IMG/VR virus record: IMGVR_UViG_3300038829_000263 | Location: 70,111 to 134,110 of that record | DNA: 64,000 bases | DNA from: a virus | Strand: one strand, 5' to 3' | Shown here: positions 54,047-63,040 of the stretch, piece by piece | Numbering within the stretch: position 1 is the stretch's first letter | Layout: the number at the start of each line of letters is the position of its first letter | Position numbers and translations under genes: made by a program | Notes under the pieces: generated by a model | Databases searched by the model: none | What the model saw: only the letters and a program-made list of their open reading frames with translations | Told to the model about the DNA's origin: nothing

Positions 54047-55281
54047 TGGCCGGCGCGACCGGAACCTCGATCCTCGAGCTCCGCACGGGTGGCCCGGGCT
54101 CGCGGGCCCTCGACATCACGGCCTTCGTGCGCAAGTTCGTCTGGTACGAGTCCCTGATCGCCGGCGGCTGGTCCTGGGAGCTGGCGTTCGCCGCGGAGCA
54201 GTGGCCGGAGTGGGAGCCCCTCCTGCTCGGCCGCGACGAGCCGGAGGTCGGGCGCTACTTCCGCCTGGGCGCGCAGAGCAGCGGCCGCGACGACCCGGGC
54301 ATCACGACGGACTGGCGCTTCGCCGTCGTGGATGGCTCCTCCTCGGCGATCAAGGGCACGGCCCTCCTGGGCCACGTCACGGGCGGGGACCGGCGCCTGC
54401 TCCTGGCATCCAAGGCACGCACGCGCGCCTGGCCGGCGTCGACCGTCGCCGGGATCCTGCGCCAGATCGCGGCCGAGTACGGCATCTCGTCCACGATCGA
54501 AAACACGCTCGGCACGCGCGACCGCCTCCAGGTGCGGGAGAGCGACTGGACGTTCATCATGCGCCTCGGCCGCGAGGCCGCGAGCGCCTCGGGGCGCGGC
54601 GACGTGTTCCCGTTCATGGACGAGGAGCGCCTGCTGTTCGGGGCGCCGAACCTCGTCGCGCCCTCCGAGCGCCGGCACGACCTGGCCGAGGTCGAGAACC
54701 GGGTAGAGAACACGATCGTCGCCTACAACGGGCGCACGGCCGATCGGCGCGGCGCGGGCACGCTCCGCGGCGTGGGCTACGACCTCGACCAGCAGGCCCC
54801 TATCGTGTTCGAGGTCGACGGCCAGGCCGCCCAGACGCACCCTTCCCTCGCCCGGCGGGTGCCCCGCCCCCAGGAGGACGCGCTGCGTGTCCTGCCCGTG
54901 ATGGAGGAGAGCGCCGCCCTCGTCGAGGCCCAGGCCCGTAGCGCCTGGGGTCGCGCGGCCCCGCGCTACTTCTCCCTCCGACTGGACACCCGGCCCGACC
55001 TGACCCTGCGCCCCGGCAAGGTCGTGGAGGTGCAGGCCACGCTCGACGGGCGGCGCGACTCCCCGCTGTTCGGGCGCTTCGTCGTGCTCGAGGTCAAGCA
55101 CACGATGGACGGGGCCAACCTGACGACGACGATCGCGTGCTTCCGGCGCGAGGCGTTCCAGGGCGAGGAGGACCCCACCGGCGCCTCGGCCTCCTCGGGC
55201 GGCACGCGCGACCGCTACCGCTTCGGCGGTGACGACCGCCCCCGCACCGTCATTCGTGCGGAGGTCATCGATGCTCGCTGA
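54046..55281 (+). CDS. Baseplate hub protein (gp27 / P2 gpD / Mu gp44-like)
   Basis: Q.RESDW.FI.RL, P.L.PGK.V.V and GRFVV.EVKH motifs. Confidence 0.85.
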   Translation: MAGATGTSILELRTGGPGSRALDITAFVRKFVWYESLIAGGWSWELAFAAEQWPEWEPLLLGRDEPEVGRYFRLGAQSSGRDDPGITTDWRFAVVDGSSSAIKGTALLGHVTGGDRRLLLASKARTRAWPASTVAGILRQIAAEYGISSTIENTLGTRDRLQVRESDWTFIMRLGREAASASGRGDVFPFMDEERLLFGAPNLVAPSERRHDLAEVENRVENTIVAYNGRTADRRGAGTLRGVGYDLDQQAPIVFEVDGQAAQTHPSLARRVPRPQEDALRVLPVMEESAALVEAQARSAWGRAAPRYFSLRLDTRPDLTLRPGKVVEVQATLDGRRDSPLFGRFVVLEVKHTMDGANLTTTIACFRREAFQGEEDPTGASASSGGTRDRYRFGGDDRPRTVIRAEVIDAR

Positions 55282-56464
55282 CCTGGTAGACAGCAGGAAC
55301 CCCGAGACGGGCCAGCCCTACGAGCCCCGCCAGTGGAACGGCCTCTATCCCGGGACCGTCATCAACGATGAGGACCCGGACAAGGGCGGCCGCCTGCGCA
55401 TCCGCGTCGACCAGGTCTACGGCGCCGAGGAGGAAGAGGAGCGCATCACGGACGGCGACCTCCCCTGGGCGCGCCCGTGTTTCCCCGTGACGGGGGACAA
55501 GGCCGGCGAGGCATGGGTCCCTGAGCCCGGGGCGGCCGTCTGGGTGACGTTCTGGGGCGGAGACCCGGAGAAGCCTGTCTGGCTGGGTGGATGGTTCCCC
55601 CTGGCCAAGATCCCGGACGAGTTCTCGTCCAGCTACGACCCGGGCCCCATGACGCGGCTCATCAAGGCCGGCGGCCACACGTTCGAGATGCGCTGGAAGG
55701 CCGGGCAGGAGCACGTCTACATCAAGACGGCCGGTGGCGTCGAGCTGGACCTCGTCGACGCGGACGCCCTGGACGGCGTCAAGGCGGAGCTGTCCCTGCC
55801 CTCCGGGCGCCGCCTGTTCATCTCCGACAAGGACACGAAGGCCCTGCTCGAGACGCCCACGCGCCGCGTGGAGCTCGACGACTCCGGCACGGGCAAGGCG
55901 ATCCTCACGACCCCCACGCAGAAGGTGGAGCTTGACGACGCCCCGCCTGGGACGATCACCATCCAGACCCCCGGGAACGTGAACGTGAACGCTGGGGTGA
56001 ACGCCAGCGTCGTGGCCGGAGGCAACATCAGCGCGACCGCCGGCGGCACGGCTACGGTCCAGAGCACGGGCCTCCTCTCGCTCCTCTCCGCCGGCGGCGT
56101 GACCATGACCTCGACCGGGCCCGGCGCCACGAACGTGACGGCCGGCGGCGTCCTCAACCTCACCTACACCGGGGCCGCCATCCTGAACTTCCTGGCCGCG
56201 CTCACGCTCATGGCCGGGGCCGTTCTGACCATCACGGCGACGGGCGCCCTGGCCCTGGCCGGCGCCGGCATCACGATCATCACGACGGCCGGTCTCGTGC
56301 AGCTCGGCGTTGTCGGCGCGAAGCAGAAGCTCATCCTGCTCTCGGCCCTGGTGAAGTACAACGCGCACACGCACAACGAGACCGGCGGCACGACCCTCCC
56401 GCCCCAGGCCGGCGACCTGTGGATCCCGGGCGTCGATACGAGCATCGCCACGGAGGCAAACTGA
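55271..56464 (+). CDS. Central baseplate spike (gp5/gpV-like: OB fold, beta-helix, HxH apex)
   Basis: YPGTV...DPD.GGRLRIRV, LPWA.P, P..GA.VWV.F.GGDP..P.W.G and C-terminal NAHTH. Confidence 0.9.
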   Translation: MLADLVDSRNPETGQPYEPRQWNGLYPGTVINDEDPDKGGRLRIRVDQVYGAEEEEERITDGDLPWARPCFPVTGDKAGEAWVPEPGAAVWVTFWGGDPEKPVWLGGWFPLAKIPDEFSSSYDPGPMTRLIKAGGHTFEMRWKAGQEHVYIKTAGGVELDLVDADALDGVKAELSLPSGRRLFISDKDTKALLETPTRRVELDDSGTGKAILTTPTQKVELDDAPPGTITIQTPGNVNVNAGVNASVVAGGNISATAGGTATVQSTGLLSLLSAGGVTMTSTGPGATNVTAGGVLNLTYTGAAILNFLAALTLMAGAVLTITATGALALAGAGITIITTAGLVQLGVVGAKQKLILLSALVKYNAHTHNETGGTTLPPQAGDLWIPGVDTSIATEAN

Positions 56465-56865
56465 TGGCCGGCGAGCGGGCAGCGCGCACGAGGTACACGG
56501 GGCCGGCCTTCCCCTTCGGGCCGCGCGCCGTGGACAACTTCGGCCCGAAGGACGACGTGCAGGTCATCTACACGTCCCTCGTGAACATCATCAGCACGCC
56601 CAAGGGGAGCATCCCCTACAACCTCGAGCTGGGCTCCTGGGTCCCCTACCTCCTGTTCGAGCCGAACGACGAGATCACGCGCTCGCTCGTGCGCTACTTC
56701 ACGGAGAAGGACCTGGCCGAGCAGGAGCCGCGCATCGTCGTTCGTTCGGTCTATACCGACCAGCCCGACGATTACTCGATCGTCGTCACCGTGGGCTTTT
56801 CCCTCGTGGGGGACCCGGCCGCCCGCGTCTACAATGCGCCCATCCAGTACAACCTGGCGGCCTAG
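56464..56865 (+). CDS. Baseplate wedge gp25/gpW-like protein
   Basis: SL.NII.T.KG..PY....GS....LFEP.D...EPRI. Confidence 0.9.
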   Translation: MAGERAARTRYTGPAFPFGPRAVDNFGPKDDVQVIYTSLVNIISTPKGSIPYNLELGSWVPYLLFEPNDEITRSLVRYFTEKDLAEQEPRIVVRSVYTDQPDDYSIVVTVGFSLVGDPAARVYNAPIQYNLAA

Positions 56866-56877
56866 CAGGAGCCCGTC

Positions 56878-59800
56878 ATGCCCGGCATTGCCCCGCAGAT
56901 CGACTACGCCGCGCGGACGTTCGACGTCATCCGGGAGCGGGCCCTGGAGCTGCTCAAGAGGCGCATCACCGAGTTCCGCTACAACGACGTCATCCAGTCG
57001 GGCGTCGTGCCGGCGATCATCGACGTGCTCTCCTGGTTTCACGAGCAGAACGCCCACTACTACGACAGGCGCTTCCGCAACTCGCTGCTGATCCTCGCCG
57101 ACACGCGCGAGGCGATGGTCGTCCTGACCCGCGCCCTGGGCTACCGCATGCGGCCGGCGACATCGGCCTCCGTGGCCGTGCGCGCCACGCCGACCCCGCC
57201 CCAGGCCGTGCCGATCACCCTCCGCAAGGGCACGCGCGCCACGACGGAAGGGGGCTTGACCTTCGAGGTGGCCGAGGACTTCGTCATCCCCGCCGGCAAG
57301 CCGTTCTGGCCGGATGGCACGACCGATGACCTCATCGTCCTCGTCGAGGGCGCCACGCGCGAGGAGACGTTCGTCAGCGACGGGACGCAGTTCCAGGCGT
57401 TCGAGCTCGGCCAGCCGGCGACGATCGAGGGCTCGGTGGCCGTGTCGATCCTGGGCGAGGTCTGGGACGAGGTCGACTCCCTCGTGTTCATCGAGGGCGA
57501 CAGGCGCGGCCGGGACGGCTTCACGTCCGACGGGACCGACGGCCAGACGTTCGAGCTGCGCCTCCTGAACGCCATCATCGACCCCGAGGACGAGGACGGG
57601 CTCGTCGTGATCGTGACGCCCCTCGGGATGGGGTCGGACGGGGCCGAGAAGTGGCAGCAGGTCCCGGCCCTGACCGGCGCCGCGCGCGAGTTCGTGGCCT
57701 CGCAAGACCTCCAGGGCGTGACGACGCTGACGTTCGGCGTGGCGGCCGACGGGGCCGCGCCGCCCCTGGGCGCCCAGGTCGACGTGCTGTACCTGATCGC
57801 CGGCGCCCAGAAGCGCTACCAGCTCACCTACGACACGGACGACCGGGCGACGATCCGCTTCGGGGACGGCGTGTTCGGGATCATCCCGCCGGCCGGCGCC
57901 ACCATCACCGTGACCTATCGGACGGGCGGCGGGGCGCGCGGGAACATCGGGACGGGCCAACTCAACACGGTCATCCAGGGCGTGCTCCCCTCGGGGGCGG
58001 CGACGCCCGTCGCCATCCGCAACTTCGAGCCCGGGCGCGGCGGCGAGCCCCAGGAGACCGTCGAGCACGCGCGCTTCTTCGCCCCCCGCTTCGCCAAGTC
58101 GAACGAGAGGGCCGTCACCCGCGAGGACTTCACGACCCTGTCGGCGACCTACTTCGACAGCCTCTACGGCGCGCCCTCGCACGCGGCCGCCTTCCTCAAG
58201 CAGCGCCGCCCGGAGCTGAACACGGTCTGCGTGGCCGTCTGGGGCCGGGACGAGTTCGGCCAGCTCTCGACCGCGAACTCGCCCCTCAAGCTGGGCATCA
58301 AGAACCTGCTCGACTCGAAGAGGACCATTACGACGGTCGTGGAGATGAAGGACGGCGTCGTCGTCCTCGTCGACATCGAGGCCGACATCACCCTCGTGCA
58401 GGGGAAGGTCCGGGCGGCCGTGTTCGCCGAGCTGGAGGCGGCCCTGCAGCGCTTCTTCCAGAGCACGGCCGTACTGCCCGGAATCAACGTCTCCATCTCC
58501 CAGCTCTACGACACGTTCCAGAACGTCGCCGGCGTCGAGCGGGTCGAGATCACCCGCATCACGGGCTCCGTGCGGGTCACGACCGACGTGTTCATCCTCC
58601 TGGGCACGGGCGCCCTCGTGCCCGCCGTGGGCGATGGGTCGGTGAACCTCTTCCAGGGGCAGTTCGCCTTCCTGGAAGGCACGACGATCGTCCCCAAGTC
58701 CGTGGTCATCACCGACGGCATCCAGCAGGTCGTGGACAACGGAGAGGGCGCTTTCTCGGGCGACGTGGACCCGCTCGCCACGCCCGGCCAGACGACCCCC
58801 CTGGGCAACGCGATGGACTACGAGACGGGGAAGTTCTTCATCAGCTTCGCGACGGCGCCCACGGCCGGCGCAGCCGTCACGGCCCAGGCCAAGCTGGAAG
58901 TGTTCTTCCCCAAGACGGAGAACCTGGGCGCCTCCGATGGCAACGTGAGCGTCGTCGACGGCGCCACGGACTACTACCCGATCGTGCGTCGGGCCCCCCG
59001 CGGCCTGTGGTCCGGGGACCGGCGCCAGGTCGTGGACTCCTTCCGCGTGGGCGCCACGAACCAGGTCCGCGGCCGCCTCCCTCGCGGGATCCTGCCGACG
59101 ACCCTCCTCTTCGTCGAAGGCACGCCCCAGACAGTGTTCGACAACGGCGCCGGGACCCTGCTCTCCGGCGTGACGCCTGTCGGCACGGTCAACTACCTCA
59201 CGGGCGACTTCGACTTCACGTACCCGCTCCCGATCGTCCTGCCGATCGTGGCCACCTGGACGACCCGCACCGTTGACCTGTTCATGCCCGCCGACCTCCT
59301 GCCCCTCCAGGCCGGGCGCCTGTTCGTCTGGGGCGGCTTCGACAAGGACGGCACACAGCCCCCAGGCGCGCTCATCGCCTACGACGACGGCGAGGGGAAC
59401 ATCGCCGGCAACGTCATCCCCGGCGGCACGATCAGCTACGAGGACGGCCGCGTGCTGTTCGAGTGGAACGCAACGCCGCCCCCCGGGCCCGCGGCCGGGG
59501 CGCTCCTCACGGGGACCATCACGCAGGCCCGGGACGGCATCCGCCGCGTGTTCGACTTCACGTTCCCCGGCGACCTCTCGAGCGGCTCGCTCGACGGCGA
59601 GGGCCGGACGCGCTTCCAGCTCTCCTCCCTCTCGACCCCCGGCTTCGTCGTCGTGGACGCCTACGACAACTGGCAGGGGAAGATCCAGGGCGTGAGCCTC
59701 GACCGCCTGGGCGAGAACACGATCCAGTACGCGGGCGGCACGGGGCGCCTGACCTTCCTCTCGCCTCCCCCGGTGGGGACGCCCGGGACCTTCCCGATCC

Positions 59801-60156
59801 AGGTCACGAACGTGGCGACCTTCCTCTACGCGGGCTGGGTGTTCCGGGTCAAGACGCCCGGCGCGGCCGGCCTGGACAAGGGCCTGTTCGCCGACAACAC
59901 CGGCCGCCTGTGGGGTCCTCCCGCGGCCGGGCCCTCGGACCCCTTCCCCGTGGCGTTCCTCGACTACCTCCGCGGCCGCTTCTTCACGCGCCTGGCGGGC
60001 TCGCCCATCGCGGCCGGCCGGGACCTCCTGCTCACCTACGACGCCCTGACGCGCGTCCCGCCGGCCCTGGACATCGTGGTCGCCGGTAACCAGGTCGCGG
60101 CCCTGGGCGCGGTGGCGCTCACGGAGAAGCCGCAGGGGGCCTCGGTCAATGACTGA
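56878..60156 (+). CDS. Baseplate wedge gp6/gpJ-like protein with C-terminal repeated modules
   Basis: IDY..R.FD, LGY, FGDG.FG..P, Y..GGG..GN and RAVT.ED motifs. Confidence 0.92.
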   Translation: MPGIAPQIDYAARTFDVIRERALELLKRRITEFRYNDVIQSGVVPAIIDVLSWFHEQNAHYYDRRFRNSLLILADTREAMVVLTRALGYRMRPATSASVAVRATPTPPQAVPITLRKGTRATTEGGLTFEVAEDFVIPAGKPFWPDGTTDDLIVLVEGATREETFVSDGTQFQAFELGQPATIEGSVAVSILGEVWDEVDSLVFIEGDRRGRDGFTSDGTDGQTFELRLLNAIIDPEDEDGLVVIVTPLGMGSDGAEKWQQVPALTGAAREFVASQDLQGVTTLTFGVAADGAAPPLGAQVDVLYLIAGAQKRYQLTYDTDDRATIRFGDGVFGIIPPAGATITVTYRTGGGARGNIGTGQLNTVIQGVLPSGAATPVAIRNFEPGRGGEPQETVEHARFFAPRFAKSNERAVTREDFTTLSATYFDSLYGAPSHAAAFLKQRRPELNTVCVAVWGRDEFGQLSTANSPLKLGIKNLLDSKRTITTVVEMKDGVVVLVDIEADITLVQGKVRAAVFAELEAALQRFFQSTAVLPGINVSISQLYDTFQNVAGVERVEITRITGSVRVTTDVFILLGTGALVPAVGDGSVNLFQGQFAFLEGTTIVPKSVVITDGIQQVVDNGEGAFSGDVDPLATPGQTTPLGNAMDYETGKFFISFATAPTAGAAVTAQAKLEVFFPKTENLGASDGNVSVVDGATDYYPIVRRAPRGLWSGDRRQVVDSFRVGATNQVRGRLPRGILPTTLLFVEGTPQTVFDNGAGTLLSGVTPVGTVNYLTGDFDFTYPLPIVLPIVATWTTRTVDLFMPADLLPLQAGRLFVWGGFDKDGTQPPGALIAYDDGEGNIAGNVIPGGTISYEDGRVLFEWNATPPPGPAAGALLTGTITQARDGIRRVFDFTFPGDLSSGSLDGEGRTRFQLSSLSTPGFVVVDAYDNWQGKIQGVSLDRLGENTIQYAGGTGRLTFLSPPPVGTPGTFPIQVTNVATFLYAGWVFRVKTPGAAGLDKGLFADNTGRLWGPPAAGPSDPFPVAFLDYLRGRFFTRLAGSPIAAGRDLLLTYDALTRVPPALDIVVAGNQVAALGAVALTEKPQGASVND

Positions 60157-60341
60157 CGCCTGCCGCATGGGCGCGCCGGTCCATTACCCTGGGAGGAGGG
60201 TCCGGGCGGCCGTAGCGGCCAAAACCGTCACGCGTAAGATATTGCTAGGATATAGCTTAGCTAGCGAACCCCCGCTCGATGACAAGGAGATGATGGGCGC
60301 CCGCCTGAGCTACCGGTGCGGAGCCCCCGCAGGAGGCCCCG

Positions 60342-61610
60342 ATGCCTAATCCGCGAGAGCCAGGGAACCGCCTCCGCATCGACCTGTACCGGCGCCTCCT
60401 CCCCGAGATCCAGCGCGAGGACCAGAAGTCCGGCGCCCACGGGTACGTGTTCCACTGGGATGACCCGGACTCGGAGTGGGACGAGCTCCTCCTGGCGCCC
60501 TCGGACCCGGCCTCGCTGGAGGCGGTCTGGGAAGCGGTCGGCCTCTCGCCGCTCTACCAGGAGCTGTTCTATGCGCTGGAACAGGTCGAGGGCGAGGACG
60601 TCGCGGTGCTCGAGTCGCTGGACGCGGTCATCGACCCGCTCCGGTGCCCCCTGGGCCTCCTGGGGAACCTGGCCGCCTCGCTCGGCTATCGCCTGGCCGA
60701 GGGCCTCTCCGAGGACGCCCAGCGCGCGGCGCTCCTGGGCCTCATCGACGCCTTCAAGAGTCGTGGGCAGTGGATTAGCTGGAAGGTGTTCTACCGCCTC
60801 CTCGGCTTCGAGATCGTCGAGGTGTTCCCGCTCTGGAAGCGCGACGTGTTCGAGGCCAACGAGGACTACGCGCGCCTGCGCTACGAGACGCTCGCGAAGG
60901 TGAACATCCCCGTCGGGCCCGCGGCTCAGACGGCCTTCGTGGGCACGCTCGCCGACGCGCCCATCAAGCCGGGCACGGTCCGGTTCCGGGACACGGGCCT
61001 CGGCGGCATCACCGTGCGTGACGACGAGGGCGGCATCCTCCTCGGGCCCGCGGGGCCCCTGGGCACGATCGACCTCCGCACGGGCGACTTCCGCCTCACG
61101 CTCCCCGCGCCGTCCGTCGGGCCCGTCGTCGTCGACCTCGAGCGCATCACCGACGAGCGGCCGTATCACGCGGCCCGCATCGACGTGGACATTCTGCTCT
61201 CGCCTATGGGGGCGCCGATCCCGCTCATCACCGAGGAGGGCGTGACGGAGCTCCTCGTGCGCATGGAAGAGGTCCGGCCGATCCACGTGCTCCTGCGCGC
61301 CCTGGCGCTCGTGGCCGAGATCCGCGACGACTTCGGCCCGACGGGCGCGACCGACGGCGTCGCCTGCACGACGCATCTCCGCGACCACCGCGACGGCGGC
61401 CCCCCGCCCGGCGACCCGCCGCCCGGCCGCGACTACAACTACATGATCGACGTCGCCGACGTGCCCGACGAGGACACCATGTTCATCGGGGTCACGCCGA
61501 CGGTCGGCACTCCGCAGACGACGGTCCACCTGGAGGACCGCGCCGAAAGCATCTGCCCGCTCGACACCCTCGTCATCGAGGGGGCGCCGGGCGGCACTCA
61601 GTACTGGTGA
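60342..61610 (+). CDS. Baseplate wedge gp7/gpI-like protein
   Basis: LY..LP.I..ED, IDP..CP..LL..LA..LG, FK.RG and VRPIHV motifs; follows the J-like gene. Confidence 0.82.
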   Translation: MPNPREPGNRLRIDLYRRLLPEIQREDQKSGAHGYVFHWDDPDSEWDELLLAPSDPASLEAVWEAVGLSPLYQELFYALEQVEGEDVAVLESLDAVIDPLRCPLGLLGNLAASLGYRLAEGLSEDAQRAALLGLIDAFKSRGQWISWKVFYRLLGFEIVEVFPLWKRDVFEANEDYARLRYETLAKVNIPVGPAAQTAFVGTLADAPIKPGTVRFRDTGLGGITVRDDEGGILLGPAGPLGTIDLRTGDFRLTLPAPSVGPVVVDLERITDERPYHAARIDVDILLSPMGAPIPLITEEGVTELLVRMEEVRPIHVLLRALALVAEIRDDFGPTGATDGVACTTHLRDHRDGGPPPGDPPPGRDYNYMIDVADVPDEDTMFIGVTPTVGTPQTTVHLEDRAESICPLDTLVIEGAPGGTQYW

Positions 61611-61613
61611 GCC

Positions 61614-62135
61614 ATGGCCGACGTGCTGGAGCCGGGACAACTCTTCCTCTTCGACCGACCCGCGCAGGGGACGCCTGTGCTCTCGTCGGAGATCCGCGAC
61701 AACCTCCAGGCCGTCGCGCGCACGAACCTGTCGTCTGACCCCGCGTTCCCGGCGAACCCGCGCACGGGCATGCTGCGCTTCCTCACCGAGGACCCGCTCA
61801 ACTACAAGCTGCAAGCCTGGCTCGAGCAGTCGGGCGGCGGCGCGGCCTGGCGGGACCTCCTCCAGTACGTGAACCTGGGCATCGCGGCGCCGGCCAAGCT
61901 CGTGTTTGACATCACCGTGCCGCCCCTGGTCAACTCGTGGACCATTGACCACAACCTGGGGTCCTACCCGCTGGTGCAGCCCTTCAACTCGGCGGGCTAC
62001 CAGTTCGGAGTCCTGGGGCAGGGCTTCGTCCCGGCGGCGAACCAGTGCCTCATCCAGCAGGTCACTCTCAACCGCGTGGTCATCACATTCGCGCCGGCGA
62101 CGTTCCCCACGGGGTTCGTCGTGATCGTGGGCTAA
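61614..62135 (+). CDS. Putative tail-associated protein
   Basis: W.I.HNLG.YP.V...N.V.ITF fibre-type motif. Confidence 0.65.
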   Translation: MADVLEPGQLFLFDRPAQGTPVLSSEIRDNLQAVARTNLSSDPAFPANPRTGMLRFLTEDPLNYKLQAWLEQSGGGAAWRDLLQYVNLGIAAPAKLVFDITVPPLVNSWTIDHNLGSYPLVQPFNSAGYQFGVLGQGFVPAANQCLIQQVTLNRVVITFAPATFPTGFVVIVG

Positions 62136-62146
62136 GGGAGGCGGGC

Positions 62147-63031
62147 GTGTTCGACAAGGCCAGGGCCTACGTGCAGCGGCGGATCGCGGCGATCAACGCC
62201 CGGCGTTCCATCGTGCCCAGGAGCTTCACCGGCCTGCGCAACTCGGACCAGGGTCCGGCGGCGCGCGGCCAGCTCGTCGTCGAGATCCGACCGGTCAATC
62301 CCGAGACGGGCCAGCCAGGGCCCTGGATTCCCCTCGTCGACGACAAGAACCTCGTCGTCACGCAGGCCGAGTCGCTCATGGCCCAGATGGCCATCAACCA
62401 GGGCCCCGGCAACAACAACTCGGCCCTGGGCTACATCGAGCTCGGCGACCCTGTCACGCCGGCGGCGCCGACCCTCGCGGACACGAACCTCCAGGCGAGC
62501 ACCGGCCAGCGGAAGGTCGTGGCGGTCACGGCCACGGGGAACCAGGTCAAGGCCGAGGCCACCTGGTCGACGGCGGAGGGGAACGGCTTCACCTACACGG
62601 AGGCCGGCCTGTTCAATGGCCTGCTCGGCCTGGGCCTCATGTTCGCGCGGAAGACGTTCGCCGGCATCGCCAAGACGAACGCCTTCGAGCTGCGCTTCAC
62701 CTGGTACATCACGTTCCTCGTGAACACGAGCGGGGGCGACTGCTCCGGCATCGCGCTCATCGGCCCCTCGACGGTCTCGGCGTACACGTTCTACACGGCC
62801 GTCGGCGGCGAGGCGTCCATCGCGGCGACCTTCGACTTCACGGCAGGCGCGAACCACGTGGACGTGTTCCTGTTCGGCCAGCGCCAGGTCCCGGGCATCA
62901 ACTACAACGAGGCCGGCCCGCCGCTCAACGCCCCGATCGGAGGCCCGCCTGCCAACAAGGGCGTGAACCTGATCGCCTGGACGCTCAACCCGCTCGACGA
63001 GATCCTGCTGGTCCATCGGACCCTCGGGTAG
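62147..63031 (+). CDS. Tail fibre attachment/baseplate-associated protein
   Basis: NLVV...YI.LGD...D..L...EGNG....EAGLF....MFARKTF..I.K pattern; GGAGG RBS. Confidence 0.75.
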   Translation: MFDKARAYVQRRIAAINARRSIVPRSFTGLRNSDQGPAARGQLVVEIRPVNPETGQPGPWIPLVDDKNLVVTQAESLMAQMAINQGPGNNNSALGYIELGDPVTPAAPTLADTNLQASTGQRKVVAVTATGNQVKAEATWSTAEGNGFTYTEAGLFNGLLGLGLMFARKTFAGIAKTNAFELRFTWYITFLVNTSGGDCSGIALIGPSTVSAYTFYTAVGGEASIAATFDFTAGANHVDVFLFGQRQVPGINYNEAGPPLNAPIGGPPANKGVNLIAWTLNPLDEILLVHRTLG

Positions 63032-63040
63032 GAGGACTAC

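Noticed and set aside
60149-60349. 66-aa ORF bridging the J-like and I-like genes
   Set aside because: Poor codon bias, and it overlaps promoter-like sequence.
44409-61610. Extracellular contractile injection system or tailocin
   Set aside because: Terminase, portal, protease and capsid genes are linked in the same region, indicating a true phage.
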